Source: Anaerolineales bacterium (lineage in GTDB: Bacteria > Chloroflexota > Anaerolineae > Anaerolineales > Villigracilaceae). From it: a DNA stretch of 64,000 nucleotides. Positions within the stretch are counted from its first letter, which is position 1. Every line of letters begins with the position of its first letter. The stretch spans positions 5,501-69,500 of the forward strand of contig JBHORD010000165.1 of NCBI GenBank assembly GCA_042408355.1, written 5' to 3'. Shown one piece after another: positions 55,291 to 64,000 of this stretch. The position numbers and the translations under genes were made by a program. The notes below the pieces were generated by a model. The model was not told the DNA's origin, made no database searches, and was given only the letters and a program-made list of their open reading frames with translations.

Positions 55291-58206
55291 TTATTTCCCC
55301 TTCATTCGCAGGAAGAATTTGGTGATCTCTTCCGTGACGGCGGGTATCAACGAAAATCCCAAAACCACAGCCCATTCGCGCGCAGACATAAAATGCGTGT
55401 TGAAGACGGTTTGCAAAAATGGAACAGTGCAGACAGCGAACAACAGCGCGATGGAAGAGCCTACCGCCCATTGCATGTAACGGTTGGAGAAGATTCCAAT
55501 CTGAAAAAGCGAGGCGCGCTCCGAGCGGACCGTGTATGCGCGGAAAAGTTCACACAACGAGAGCGTAATGAAAGCCATCGTCTCCGCGGTTTGAACGTCG
55601 GCTCCGCGCCAATCGTGTTGGAGAATATAAACCAGCGGATTCGTTCCAGGCGGCATCGCCGCCCCCGCCTGAAGATGCCAGATCAAGCCAAGTCCAAACG
55701 CAAGGAGAACCGCGCTGGTCTGAGCGATGGTTTGAATGACGATGCCAAGTCCCATCGTCTGGTTGATGATGGGTTCTTTTTTGGCGCGCGGCTTGCGTGA
55801 CATAATGTCGGGATCGCCCTTTTCCATCGCCAACGCCAGCGCGGGCGCGCCGTCGGTAATGAGGTTCAACCAAAGCAGTTGAATCGCGGTCAACGGCGTG
55901 GGCAATCCCGCCAGCGTAGCGAGAAAGATAACCATGATCTCGGCCACATTCGAGGAAAGCAGAAAGAACACAAATTTGCGGATGTTGGCGTAGATCACGC
56001 GTCCCTGTTCCACGGCGGCGACAATGCTGGCATAGTTGTCATCGGTGAGAACCATGTCGGCGGTTTCTTTGACAACATCCGTGCCGGTGATTCCCATTGC
56101 AATGCCGATGTCGGCGCGTTTGATGGCCGGCGCGTCGTTGACGCCGTCGCCGGTCATCGCGACCACTTCTCCGTTTGCCTGCAACGCGTCAACGATGCGA
56201 AGTTTATGTTCCGGCGAAACGCGCGCAAACACGTCGATCTCTTCGATTTCGTGTTTGAGTTTGTCGTCGCTCATCGCGTCGAGGTCCGCGCCGGTTGCGA
56301 CTTTGCGTCCTGGCTTGAGCAAACCGATTGTCTGCGCGATGGCGCGCGCCGTATTGGGATAATCGCCTGTGATCATTACAGTCCGTATTCCGGCATGACG
56401 CGCTTTTTCGAGCGCAGGTTTTATCTCCTCGCGCGGCGGATCAATCATCCCGACCAGGCCGACAAAGACAAGATCCTCTTCGAGCGCGCTCAATTTTCCG
56501 CGTTTTGTTTTGACGTCGCGGTACGCCAATGCAAGCACGCGCAGCGCGTTTCCCGTCATCGAATCAGTGGCTTCATTTATTTTCTTCAGAACGGCTTTTG
56601 TCAGGCGGCGCTTTTTATCGTCCATCGTTTGATACCATTTGCACAGCGGAAGCACAACTTCCGGCGCGCCTTTGACCGCGATCACATGTCTGCCTCGCAT
56701 GGCGTCATCGTAATAATGTGAGAAGTCATCAGGTTGTGGATTCTCAACCAGGTGAAACGTCACCATGCGCTTGCGAACCGAGTCAAAAGGAATCTCGTCC
56801 AGGCGCGGATAGGCTCTACGTTCATGGCTGACCGGCAATTTGGATTCGCCCGCTTTGACGGCGGCCACCAGCAGGGCGGCCTCCGTTGGATCGCCAACCA
56901 CACGGTACGTATGTTTCGAGCCTTCGATCGGTTCGATTTGCGCGTCGTTGTTCAATACGCCCAGCCAGAGCGCGGTGCGGATTGCCCGGTAATCGTTCCA
57001 CTTTTGAATCTTTTTTCCGTTTACAAAAAAGTCTCCTTGCGATGAATATCCGCTTCCAGTGACCTCGACATTTCGCCCGTCAACCCACAAACGAGTGACC
57101 GTCATTTCGTTTTGAGTCAGCGTGCCGGTTTTATCGGAACAAATCACAGTCGCCGATCCAAGCGTCTCAACGGAAGCCAGCTTGCGGATGAGCGTGTGGC
57201 GCCGGATCATTTCGCGCATCCCAAGCGCGAGGCTGATCGTTACAACCGCGGGAAGTCCCTCCGGCACCGCGGCAATGGCGAGGCTGACGGCAATGATGAA
57301 AACATCCGTGATTGCCTTCAGGTTTTCCTTTAAATAAGAAAATGGATTGACGAACAACCCGCCGAGGCCGGCATAATCATTCAGCGCCGTGATAAAAACC
57401 ACTGCGACCAAAATCAACGCGCCGACGCTCAAGGTTTGCCCCAATTGATCGAGCCGGCGCTGAAGCGGCGTTTCTTCCTCTTCTACGTTCTGAAGCATGT
57501 CGGCGATCAAACCCAACTGCGTATGCATGCCCGTGCCGATGACCATGCCGCGCCCGCGTCCATATGTAACCAAGGTGCCCATGAAAGCCATATTGTTCCG
57601 CTCGCCAATCGGCGTATTTGGCTTCAACACATTTGCCGCGTTCTTTTCAACCGGCAGCGATTCGCCGGTCAGTGAGGCCTCTTCAATTCGCAAATTGACG
57701 GCTTCGAGCAGGCGCAAATCCGCCGGAACATAATTGCCTGCTTCGAGAATCACAACATCGCCCGGCACAAGCTCGTGCGAGGGCATCGTCACGCGGCGTT
57801 TATCGCGCAGGACGTGCGCTTCAGGCGCGGCCAATTTTTTCAACGCCGCCAGCGCTTCCTCGGCGCGCCGCTCTTGAAAAATACCCAGCACCGTATTCAG
57901 CACAACAATGGACAAAATTGCGGCGGCGTCCACCCATTCGCCCAGCAGGGCAGAAACAAGCGAGGAGACGATTAAGAGAATGACGACAAAACTGTTCAAT
58001 TGATCCCACACCATGGACAGGAAGCCCGGACGTTTGGCCTCCGCCAGCTGGTTGGGACCATAATAATGTAAGCGCCGCGCCGCCTCCTCCGACGTCAAAC
58101 CGTCTGCATGCGCGTCGAGGAGGCGCAGAGTTTCCCTGACGCCGAGCGCGCACCATGCTTCTTGTTCGGGGATATTACTTTTTTTTGTTTTGAGTTCTGC
58201 AGGCAT
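55291..58206 (-). CDS. P-type (P2) cation-transporting ATPase, Ca2+/Mn2+ type
   Basis: [13 protein letters not shown] phosphorylation site, [18 protein letters not shown] hinge, 10 TM, 971 aa. Preceded by a Mn2+ riboswitch. Confidence 0.95.
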   Translation of the reverse strand: MPAELKTKKSNIPEQEAWCALGVRETLRLLDAHADGLTSEEAARRLHYYGPNQLAEAKRPGFLSMVWDQLNSFVVILLIVSSLVSALLGEWVDAAAILSIVVLNTVLGIFQERRAEEALAALKKLAAPEAHVLRDKRRVTMPSHELVPGDVVILEAGNYVPADLRLLEAVNLRIEEASLTGESLPVEKNAANVLKPNTPIGERNNMAFMGTLVTYGRGRGMVIGTGMHTQLGLIADMLQNVEEEETPLQRRLDQLGQTLSVGALILVAVVFITALNDYAGLGGLFVNPFSYLKENLKAITDVFIIAVSLAIAAVPEGLPAVVTISLALGMREMIRRHTLIRKLASVETLGSATVICSDKTGTLTQNEMTVTRLWVDGRNVEVTGSGYSSQGDFFVNGKKIQKWNDYRAIRTALWLGVLNNDAQIEPIEGSKHTYRVVGDPTEAALLVAAVKAGESKLPVSHERRAYPRLDEIPFDSVRKRMVTFHLVENPQPDDFSHYYDDAMRGRHVIAVKGAPEVVLPLCKWYQTMDDKKRRLTKAVLKKINEATDSMTGNALRVLALAYRDVKTKRGKLSALEEDLVFVGLVGMIDPPREEIKPALEKARHAGIRTVMITGDYPNTARAIAQTIGLLKPGRKVATGADLDAMSDDKLKHEIEEIDVFARVSPEHKLRIVDALQANGEVVAMTGDGVNDAPAIKRADIGIAMGITGTDVVKETADMVLTDDNYASIVAAVEQGRVIYANIRKFVFFLLSSNVAEIMVIFLATLAGLPTPLTAIQLLWLNLITDGAPALALAMEKGDPDIMSRKPRAKKEPIINQTMGLGIVIQTIAQTSAVLLAFGLGLIWHLQAGAAMPPGTNPLVYILQHDWRGADVQTAETMAFITLSLCELFRAYTVRSERASLFQIGIFSNRYMQWAVGSSIALLFAVCTVPFLQTVFNTHFMSAREWAVVLGFSLIPAVTEEITKFFLRMKGK

Positions 58207-58235
58207 TAGTTACTCCAGTGAATGCGGGTTGTGAA

Positions 58236-58380
58236 GAAAAAAAAAGACCACCACGATGTTCGTGGTGGTCTTGCCAACGCTTCAAAGCGCATGGATTGCC
58301 GATGGCAGCATTTCTGCCAATGTCATGACGACGATCCATCCTGCGGGAGTACAGGCGGCTACTCCCCAACCAGCAACGAG
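58236..58380 (-). promoter_or_regulatory. yybP-ykoY (Mn2+) riboswitch with terminator expression platform
   Basis: Minus strand contains GGGGAGTAGCC, TGACAT and GGCAAGACC in the order of the yybP-ykoY consensus. AAGACCACCACG-AACAT-CGTGGTGGTCTT plus a T9 terminator (58271..58236) shares its 5' arm with the P1 3' strand. Confidence 0.8.
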
Positions 58381-58407
58381 TTTATTCGGTTGAAAACAGA
58401 ATGTCAA
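58379..58407 (-). promoter_or_regulatory. Candidate promoter TTGACA-17-TAAACT for the riboswitch/ATPase
   Basis: -35 at 58407..58402 and -10 at 58384..58379. The predicted start lies a few nt before the aptamer. Confidence 0.4.
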
Positions 58408-58453
58408 GTCAAAAAACCCACACCTTTGATATGTGTCTCTCTGGAACATGCAG

Positions 58454-58927
58454 TTAATTCGCCGGCCGATATTCGAGCCACCAATTATGAGTGTCGCGCA
58501 ATTGATCGAGGGAGACCAAGCCAAAATCCGTCAATCCTGAAAGGAGCCTGTGACTGATTCCGATATCGAAGCAGACGTAACCGGGCCTTTCCTGCCGGGG
58601 GCAGAGCCACCCCGAAAGCCCATACGTAAGAATCTGCGCCGGAAAAACGGAGGTCTTTAGTTTCAGCGAATCGTCAACGTAACTGTTCGGGGCCAGATAA
58701 AACTCGATCCAGTTTTGATGCTCGCGGCATCCGTCCATGCAGAGATGAGTGGACGCCGGATAGGCAATATGAACGTCGCCGCCTGCCGCACGGCTCGAAG
58801 AATCTGCAAAATTTTTGGCCGGCGGAAGGACCGCCAGCGTCATTACGAACAACGCCAATATACTCCATCCGAGGATGGATGACCTGCCTTGCATGTTACC
58901 GTCCTGCTTGAGTTTTGAAATAGCCAA
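58454..58927 (-). CDS. Secreted hypothetical protein (signal peptide, Cys-containing)
   Basis: 157 aa with an N-terminal hydrophobic signal-like segment. No family recognised. Confidence 0.5.
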   Translation of the reverse strand: MAISKLKQDGNMQGRSSILGWSILALFVMTLAVLPPAKNFADSSSRAAGGDVHIAYPASTHLCMDGCREHQNWIEFYLAPNSYVDDSLKLKTSVFPAQILTYGLSGWLCPRQERPGYVCFDIGISHRLLSGLTDFGLVSLDQLRDTHNWWLEYRPAN

Positions 58928-58981
58928 GCGTGCAGGATTATAACCACAAAGCCGTTACAGTTTGAATTACAGGTGTATTAA

Positions 58982-59075
58982 CCGATGTGACGCATTGTGC
59001 AGCAACATGAGGTTTATCTTGCATTTGCAGGCGGCATGTTGCATGGTTCCGCATTATTCCAACAATCCAGAAATG
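58982..59075 (-). repeat. Diverged copy C2 of the TGATGTT... repeat
   Basis: Minus strand AACATGCCGCCTGCAAATGCAAGATAAACCTCATG aligns to CATTCATGCCGCCTGAAAATACGAGATAAAGCTCATG of copy B. The homologous reading frame remains open. Confidence 0.55.
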
Positions 59076-59166
59076 GGCTTATGCGCCGCCACAGATCGTC
59101 CCCGAATGGGAGGCATGTCGCAGCCCATATCTGGAACATCCGCGTAAAGGCGAGATAAAATTCGCG

Positions 59167-59234
59167 CTACGCCATTGTCAGATTAATTTGTAAATTTGCA
59201 AAACGCCGCCCTGCGGGAAAACTGCGCAACATCA
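59167..59234 (-). repeat. Copy C1 of the TGATGTT... repeat (mini-ORF MLRSFPAGRRFANLQINLTMA)
   Basis: TGATGTTGCGCAGTTTTCCCGCAG starts on the glgC stop codon (UGAUG overlap). The 3' half is diverged. The ORF ends GCG TAG, as in copy A. Confidence 0.7.
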
Positions 59235-60476
59235 GCTGTTATTATCCGGCGTAATGTGCGTACCGGCGGGAATCTCCACGTCTTTGGGAAGAACAACGAT
59301 TCCATCGCGGACAAACCATTTATTGCGATCGAGGTCAGTGTTGCGCGGAAAGGGGTGGATGACGACGCCTTCGCCAATTCGCACATTTTTATCGAGGATG
59401 GCGCCTTGGATATCGCAATTCGCACCCACGCCAATCTCCTCGGAGTAATAATCCGAGCCCATCAAAATCGAATCCCGGATGCGCGTTCCTGCCGCGACTT
59501 GACTGCGGATACCGACCACCGAATGCGTGATCTCGGCTTTTTGGATACGGCAGCCTTCCGCCAAAAGAACATCGGTCAAGTGGCTGTCCACCACGACGCT
59601 TCCGGGCAGGAATCGTCCGTGAGTGTAGATCGGAAGTTTCGGGTCATAGAAATTGAACGGCGAGTCCGGCAGGGTTAATTCCAAATTGGTTTCATAGAAC
59701 GAACGGATCGTCCCAATATCCCGCCAGTAGCCGTCGAAATCAAAGCCGTAAACATTATGAGAGTGAATGGCCTCGGGAATGATCTCGCCGCCAAAATCAT
59801 CGTGGCGGCGGTGGTACGTCAGAAGCTCAACCAGCACCCTGGTCTTGAACATGTAAATTCCCATCGAACCGAGGAATGGACGCTTCTCGTCCTCGCGGCT
59901 GACGAATTTATCCTGCACCGATTTTTCTTTCGGTTTCTCGACAAAATCCGTGATGCGGCAGTTGGGTTCGCGCTTTAAGATTCCGAAACGCGGCGCTTCT
60001 TCGCGCGGGACGGGTTGAACGGCAATCGTTATATCGGCGTCCTGCCGCCAGTGGAACTCCGCCATCTTTTCGTAATCCATGCGATACAAATGATCGCCGG
60101 CAAGGATCAAAACATATTCGGCGCCGGTTGCCTGAATCTCGAATAATTGTTTACGCACCGCGTCCGCCGTGCCTTGATACCAGTCTGCAGATTCCGGCGT
60201 TTGCTCGGCGGCCCAGATCTGCACCCAGCCGGTGTGAAACGCGTCGAAGCGGTAAGCCTGCGAGATGTGACGATGCAGGGAGACGGAATTGAATTGCGTC
60301 AGGACCGCGATGCGATAAATCCCCGAGTTGATGCAATTGCTGATGGGAATATCAATCAGGCGGTATTTTCCCGCAATGGGCACCGCCGGTTTCGAACGCA
60401 TCCACGTCAGTGGATACAGGCGCGCACCGCGCCCGCCCCCCATGATCACTGCTAAAATCTCGTTCATTGTCGGCAT
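59232..60476 (-). CDS. glgC: Glucose-1-phosphate adenylyltransferase
   Basis: GGGRGARLYPLT and KPAVPIAGKYRLIDIPISN motifs, plus a C-terminal left-handed beta-helix. GGAGG SD. Confidence 0.95.
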   Translation of the reverse strand: MPTMNEILAVIMGGGRGARLYPLTWMRSKPAVPIAGKYRLIDIPISNCINSGIYRIAVLTQFNSVSLHRHISQAYRFDAFHTGWVQIWAAEQTPESADWYQGTADAVRKQLFEIQATGAEYVLILAGDHLYRMDYEKMAEFHWRQDADITIAVQPVPREEAPRFGILKREPNCRITDFVEKPKEKSVQDKFVSREDEKRPFLGSMGIYMFKTRVLVELLTYHRRHDDFGGEIIPEAIHSHNVYGFDFDGYWRDIGTIRSFYETNLELTLPDSPFNFYDPKLPIYTHGRFLPGSVVVDSHLTDVLLAEGCRIQKAEITHSVVGIRSQVAAGTRIRDSILMGSDYYSEEIGVGANCDIQGAILDKNVRIGEGVVIHPFPRNTDLDRNKWFVRDGIVVLPKDVEIPAGTHITPDNNS

Positions 60477-60503
60477 CGAGGAACCTCCAGGTGGGAAGGG
60501 ATA

Positions 60504-60614
60504 TTACTGTCGGCGCAGTTGTATAACGCGGCGGATCTTATTGGCGACGTAAAGCACCGGATAAAACAGAAATAATAATACATCCAATAACAGGAACACC
60601 CAAGACGGCCTCAT
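60504..60614 (-). CDS. Candidate 36-aa single-TM peptide (MRPSWVFLLLDVLLFLFYPVLYVANKIRRVIQLRRQ)
   Basis: ATG sits 5 nt after GGAG (GAGAGGAGAAAGCATG). Hydrophobic helix plus basic tail. Ends 28 nt before glgC. Below the ORF-track length cut-off. Confidence 0.35.
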   Translation of the reverse strand: MRPSWVFLLLDVLLFLFYPVLYVANKIRRVIQLRRQ

Positions 60615-60670
60615 GCTTTCTCCTCTCACCTTCAATCCTTCCCCTCAATCCGAAGGAAGAATCGAGGGAA

Positions 60671-60702
60671 CCAAAACGCGAGAGCATAAAGGCACTCTCG
60701 CG
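60671..60702 (-). terminator. Hairpin plus T-run after tRNA-Leu
   Basis: CGCGAGAG-loop-CTCTCGCG followed by TTTTGG on the minus strand. A second GC hairpin lies at 60714..60729. Confidence 0.5.
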
Positions 60703-60769
60703 TTGAAACCAAAGCGGGCGAGTGCCCGCGCTGGAATGATATAATGGTTTTCCACTTACCAAAATCGAA

Positions 60770-60851
<82 letters not shown>

Positions 60852-60890
60852 TCGACCAAAGTATAAACCAACCCCACGGACAAGGTCAAG

Positions 60891-61949
60891 ATGAAACTTG
60901 GAATCATCGGATTACCCCAATCAGGAAAAACAACCATCTTCAATGCGCTGACGCGCGGCAATACGCCGACGACCGCCAGCGCGGGACGCATCGAAGTTCA
61001 TACGGCCGTGGTGGATGTCCCCGACCCGCGCGTGGACAGGCTCTCGGCCATGTTCAAACCGAGGAAAACGATCTACGCCAAGGTGACTTATGCAGATATC
61101 GCGGGACTCGAAGGCGGCGCGGCCAAAAGCGGAATCTCCGGCCAACTGCTGAATCAACTCGCGCAAATGGACGGTTTCATCCTCGTCGTCCGCGCCTTTG
61201 ACGACGCGAACGTGCCGCATCCATCCGGAAGCGTGGACCCCCAACGCGATGTCGAAGCGATGCTAAGCGAACTCCTGCTCAACGATTTGATTGCGGTCGA
61301 ACGCAAGCTGGAGCGCCTCAACGAGGAGCGCCGAAAAGGCGGCACGGACAAAACCATCAATGCCCGCCAGACCGAATTGTTCGAGCGGCTGAACAAAGCG
61401 CTTTCAGAAAACAAGCCCCTGCGCGTGATGGAGTTCAACGCGGAGGAACAAAAAGAACTGGCCTCCTATGGTTTGTTGACTCGCAAACCGATTCTCACGG
61501 TATTCAATCTCGGCGAAGGACAGAAAACGCCTTCCATCGAACTGGATCATCCCTGCGTGGCTTTGATGGGAAAACTCGAAATGGAGATCGCACAGCTCAA
61601 TCCGGAAGACGCGGCCGTTTTTATGCAGGAATACGGCATCGAAGAACTCGGTTTGAGCAAAATGATCAGGCTTTCGTATGATTTATTAAAGTTGCAATCT
61701 TTCTTCACCGTCGGCGAAGATGAAGTCCGCGCCTGGACGACGCGCCGCGGCGCAACCGCAGTCGAGGCGGCGGGCGAAATTCATACCGATTTACAGCGCG
61801 GCTTTGTGCGCGCCGAAGTCGTCTCTTATGAGGATTTGATTTCGCTGGGCGGAATGAACGAAGCCAAAGTCAAAGGCAAGTTGCGGCTGGAAGGAAAAGA
61901 ATACCTCGTCAAAGACGGGGATATTATGCACATCCGCTTTAACCTCTGA
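60891..61949 (+). CDS. ychF: Ribosome-binding ATPase YchF
   Basis: GLPQSGKTT P-loop and C-terminal TGS-like end ...GDIMHIRFNL, 352 aa. Confidence 0.95.
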   Translation: MKLGIIGLPQSGKTTIFNALTRGNTPTTASAGRIEVHTAVVDVPDPRVDRLSAMFKPRKTIYAKVTYADIAGLEGGAAKSGISGQLLNQLAQMDGFILVVRAFDDANVPHPSGSVDPQRDVEAMLSELLLNDLIAVERKLERLNEERRKGGTDKTINARQTELFERLNKALSENKPLRVMEFNAEEQKELASYGLLTRKPILTVFNLGEGQKTPSIELDHPCVALMGKLEMEIAQLNPEDAAVFMQEYGIEELGLSKMIRLSYDLLKLQSFFTVGEDEVRAWTTRRGATAVEAAGEIHTDLQRGFVRAEVVSYEDLISLGGMNEAKVKGKLRLEGKEYLVKDGDIMHIRFNL

Positions 61950-62025
61950 TGTTACGCAGTTCCCTCGCAGGACAACATTCATGCCGCCTGAAAATACGAG
62001 ATAAAGCTCATGCTACCGCGTAAGG
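61947..62025 (+). repeat. Copy B of the TGATGTT... repeat (mini-ORF MLRSSLAGQHSCRLKIRDKAHATA)
   Basis: Begins on the ychF TGA stop (UGAUG overlap). ATG at 61949, TAA at 62021..62023. Aligns without gaps to copies A and D. Confidence 0.8.
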
Positions 62026-62091
62026 TGAGTTAACGTAGGAGCATGCCTGACATGGAAAACGCAATCCCTCAAATCTGACCACGGAGAGATT

Positions 62092-63855
62092 ATGACCTAT
62101 ATTCAAACGAAATGGAATCTTGCCGACCTCTTTCCCGCCTTCGACAGCCCGGAGCTTGCGTCGGCGTTCGAACAAGTCGAGGAGCAGGTAACCAGCTTCG
62201 AGGGCGTGCGCGGCAGATTGAAGTCCGGGATGGATGCGGAACAATTCGTCGAGGTGGTGCGCGCTTCTGAGACGATCCGCCGCACCCTGAGCAGGGTATA
62301 CGCCTTCGCCGGTCTTTCTTTCGCGGCCAACACGCAGGATCAGGCCGCGCAAACTCTGCTGGCGCGCATCGAACAGTTTTCGGCTGAAATCCAAAACCGT
62401 ACATTGTTTTTTGATTTATGGTGGAAAGATCTGGATGAGGCGAATGCCCAACGTCTGATGAACGCCTCCGGCGATTATCGTTATTATCTCGAACGGATTC
62501 GACATTTCAAACCGTACACGCTGAGCGAGGCGGAGGAGAAGATCGTCAATCTCAAAAATGTGACGGGCGTGAGCGCGCTCAACACGTTGTACGATTCGAT
62601 CGTCAACCGATATGTTTACAAACTCGAAGTGGACGGCAAAACCAGGGAATTGACGCACGGCGAATTATCAGGTTATCGCTACAGCCCGGACCCGGATTTG
62701 CGCGCCCGTTCGTATCAGGAACAATTCCGTGTCTTTGGCGCGGACGGCTTGATCCTCGGCCAGATTTATCAAACGATTGTCCGCGACTGGCACAATGAAA
62801 ATTTGTCCTTGCGGAAATTTCCCAGCGCCATCGCGGCGCGGAATTTGGGCAATGATATTCCCGATGAGGCTGTGGAGGTTTTGTTGGATGCGGCGCGGAA
62901 TAACACAAAAATTTTCCAGCGGTATTTCCGGCTGAAGGCAAAATTGCTTGGCATGGAAAGATTGCGCCGCTACGATATTTACGCGCCGGTCAGCAAATCG
63001 CAAAAACAATTTGAGTTCGGCAAGGCCGCGCAGATGGTTTTTGATTCTTTTCGCGCCTTCGATCCAAAACTGGCGGAACTGGCGCAACGCGTCTTCGATT
63101 CGAATCATCTGGATGGCGAAATTCGCAAGGGAAAGGACAGCGGCGCGTTTTGCTGGTCGGTCACGCCGGAGATGACTCCGTTTGTTCTGTTGAATTATCA
63201 GGGCCGCGCCCGCGACGCGGCCGTGATGGCGCACGAACTGGGTCACGCCATTCACTCGATGCTGGCCGAACATCACACCGCGTTCACATTCCACGCGTCA
63301 CTGCCGCTGGCGGAAACCGCGTCCACCTTCGGCGAAATGATGCTGACCGATAAATTGCTGGCCGAGGAAACGGACGAGGCGGTGCGCCGCGACCTGCTTT
63401 TCAAACAGGTGGACGACGCCTATGCCACGATCATGCGCCAGTCATTCTTTGCGTTGTTCGAGAAACAGGCGCATGAAATGATTTTGAAAAACGCCTCGGT
63501 GGATGAAATCTCCGCCGCGTATTTTGAAAATCTCAAGGAGCAATTTGGCGATTCTCTCGAACTGAGCGGCGAGTTCAAATGGGAATGGGTTTCCATTCCG
63601 CACATCTATCACACGCCGTTTTATGTGTACGCCTATGCGTTCGGACAATTGCTGGTGCTTTCGCTTTATCAGCAATACAAAATCGAAGGGGATTCGTTCA
63701 AACCAAAATATCTGAAGATTTTGTCCACCGGCGGATCGGAGGCGCCTGCAAAAATTTTAACGGACGCGGGCGTTGATATCCGCTCGGCAAAATTCTGGCA
63801 GGGCGGGTTTGATGTAATTGACCAGCTGGTAACCGAATTGGAAAAGCTGAAGTAG
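62092..63855 (+). CDS. pepF: Oligoendopeptidase F (M3B family)
   Basis: HELGHAIH zinc motif, 587 aa M3B layout. Confidence 0.9.
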   Translation: MTYIQTKWNLADLFPAFDSPELASAFEQVEEQVTSFEGVRGRLKSGMDAEQFVEVVRASETIRRTLSRVYAFAGLSFAANTQDQAAQTLLARIEQFSAEIQNRTLFFDLWWKDLDEANAQRLMNASGDYRYYLERIRHFKPYTLSEAEEKIVNLKNVTGVSALNTLYDSIVNRYVYKLEVDGKTRELTHGELSGYRYSPDPDLRARSYQEQFRVFGADGLILGQIYQTIVRDWHNENLSLRKFPSAIAARNLGNDIPDEAVEVLLDAARNNTKIFQRYFRLKAKLLGMERLRRYDIYAPVSKSQKQFEFGKAAQMVFDSFRAFDPKLAELAQRVFDSNHLDGEIRKGKDSGAFCWSVTPEMTPFVLLNYQGRARDAAVMAHELGHAIHSMLAEHHTAFTFHASLPLAETASTFGEMMLTDKLLAEETDEAVRRDLLFKQVDDAYATIMRQSFFALFEKQAHEMILKNASVDEISAAYFENLKEQFGDSLELSGEFKWEWVSIPHIYHTPFYVYAYAFGQLLVLSLYQQYKIEGDSFKPKYLKILSTGGSEAPAKILTDAGVDIRSAKFWQGGFDVIDQLVTELEKLK

Positions 63856-63866
63856 GGAAGAAATAC

Positions 63867-63899
63867 AAAAAGAGCGATACATCTTGTACCGCTCTTTTT
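63867..63899. terminator. Bidirectional intrinsic terminator
   Basis: AAAAAGAGCG-loop-CGCTCTTTTT between convergent genes. Confidence 0.6.
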
Positions 63900-63927
63900 G
63901 TTCGCCCGATCGGTTGCCAAAAGCAAA

Positions 63928-64000
63928 TCAGGAAACCACACTAAACTGCATGGGGTTGGCGGGATTGTATTTGATTTTGATCGTATCGCCCACGCGCGGT
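63928..64000 (-). CDS. 3' end of a gene running off the window (hypothetical)
   Basis: The minus frame reads ...PRVGDTIKIKYNPANPMQFSVVS, with the stop at 63930..63928. Only 23 codons are visible. Confidence 0.35.
   Translation of the reverse strand, partial: PRVGDTIKIKYNPANPMQFSVVS

Noticed and set aside
61947-61949. UGA followed by a structured element, considered as a SECIS or programmed read-through signal
   Set aside because: YchF and GlgC end at their normal conserved C-termini (for example ...IMHIRFNL). The frame after the UGA is not an extension of the protein, and copy D follows a TAA.

Overview
The window is a gene-dense, mostly housekeeping chromosomal segment from a moderately GC-rich bacterium. 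Gene content loosely suggests Chloroflexota/Anaerolineae, but that is inference only. No rRNA, CRISPR array, transposase, integrase or prophage genes were seen.

Recognisable content:
- Translation and tRNA-modification genes: thrS-infC-rpmI, gatCA, tsaE-tsaB-rimI, ychF.
- Three tRNAs: Val-GAC, Pro-UGG, Leu-CAA.
- DNA repair genes: recN, recG, a family-4 UDG, an HhH-GPD glycosylase, rnhB.
- Central metabolism genes: nadK, coaD, agmatinase, kamA, glgC, galE, ndh.
- A cobalamin-riboswitch-controlled BtuFCD-type transporter.
- A Mn-riboswitch-controlled P-type ATPase.
- A roughly 15 kb minus-strand envelope-glycan cluster (about 24968-39918). It contains nucleotide-sugar enzymes, GT2/GT4 transferases, a Wzx-like flippase and three very large polytopic membrane proteins.

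Three known riboswitch/leader classes can be read directly from the sequence: a T-box before thrS, a cobalamin riboswitch, and a yybP-ykoY riboswitch.

The most unusual signal is not a conventional gene. A ~79-nt element recurs at four or more loci, always co-oriented with the upstream gene. Its first bases, TGATG, overlap or abut that gene's stop codon. Every copy carries an intact 21-27 codon basic mini-ORF starting MLRS/MLSS.

Other points worth a second look:
- an orphan Cas4-like nuclease split into two membrane-anchored halves;
- a DksA/TraR zinc-finger::PP2C phosphatase fusion;
- an ATC-initiated infC;
- a Rex-like operator on the ndh promoter;
- tandem Nbr1_FW-type lipoproteins with poly-Gly linkers.

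All calls are by eye from the sequence and the ORF track. RNA element boundaries are approximate.
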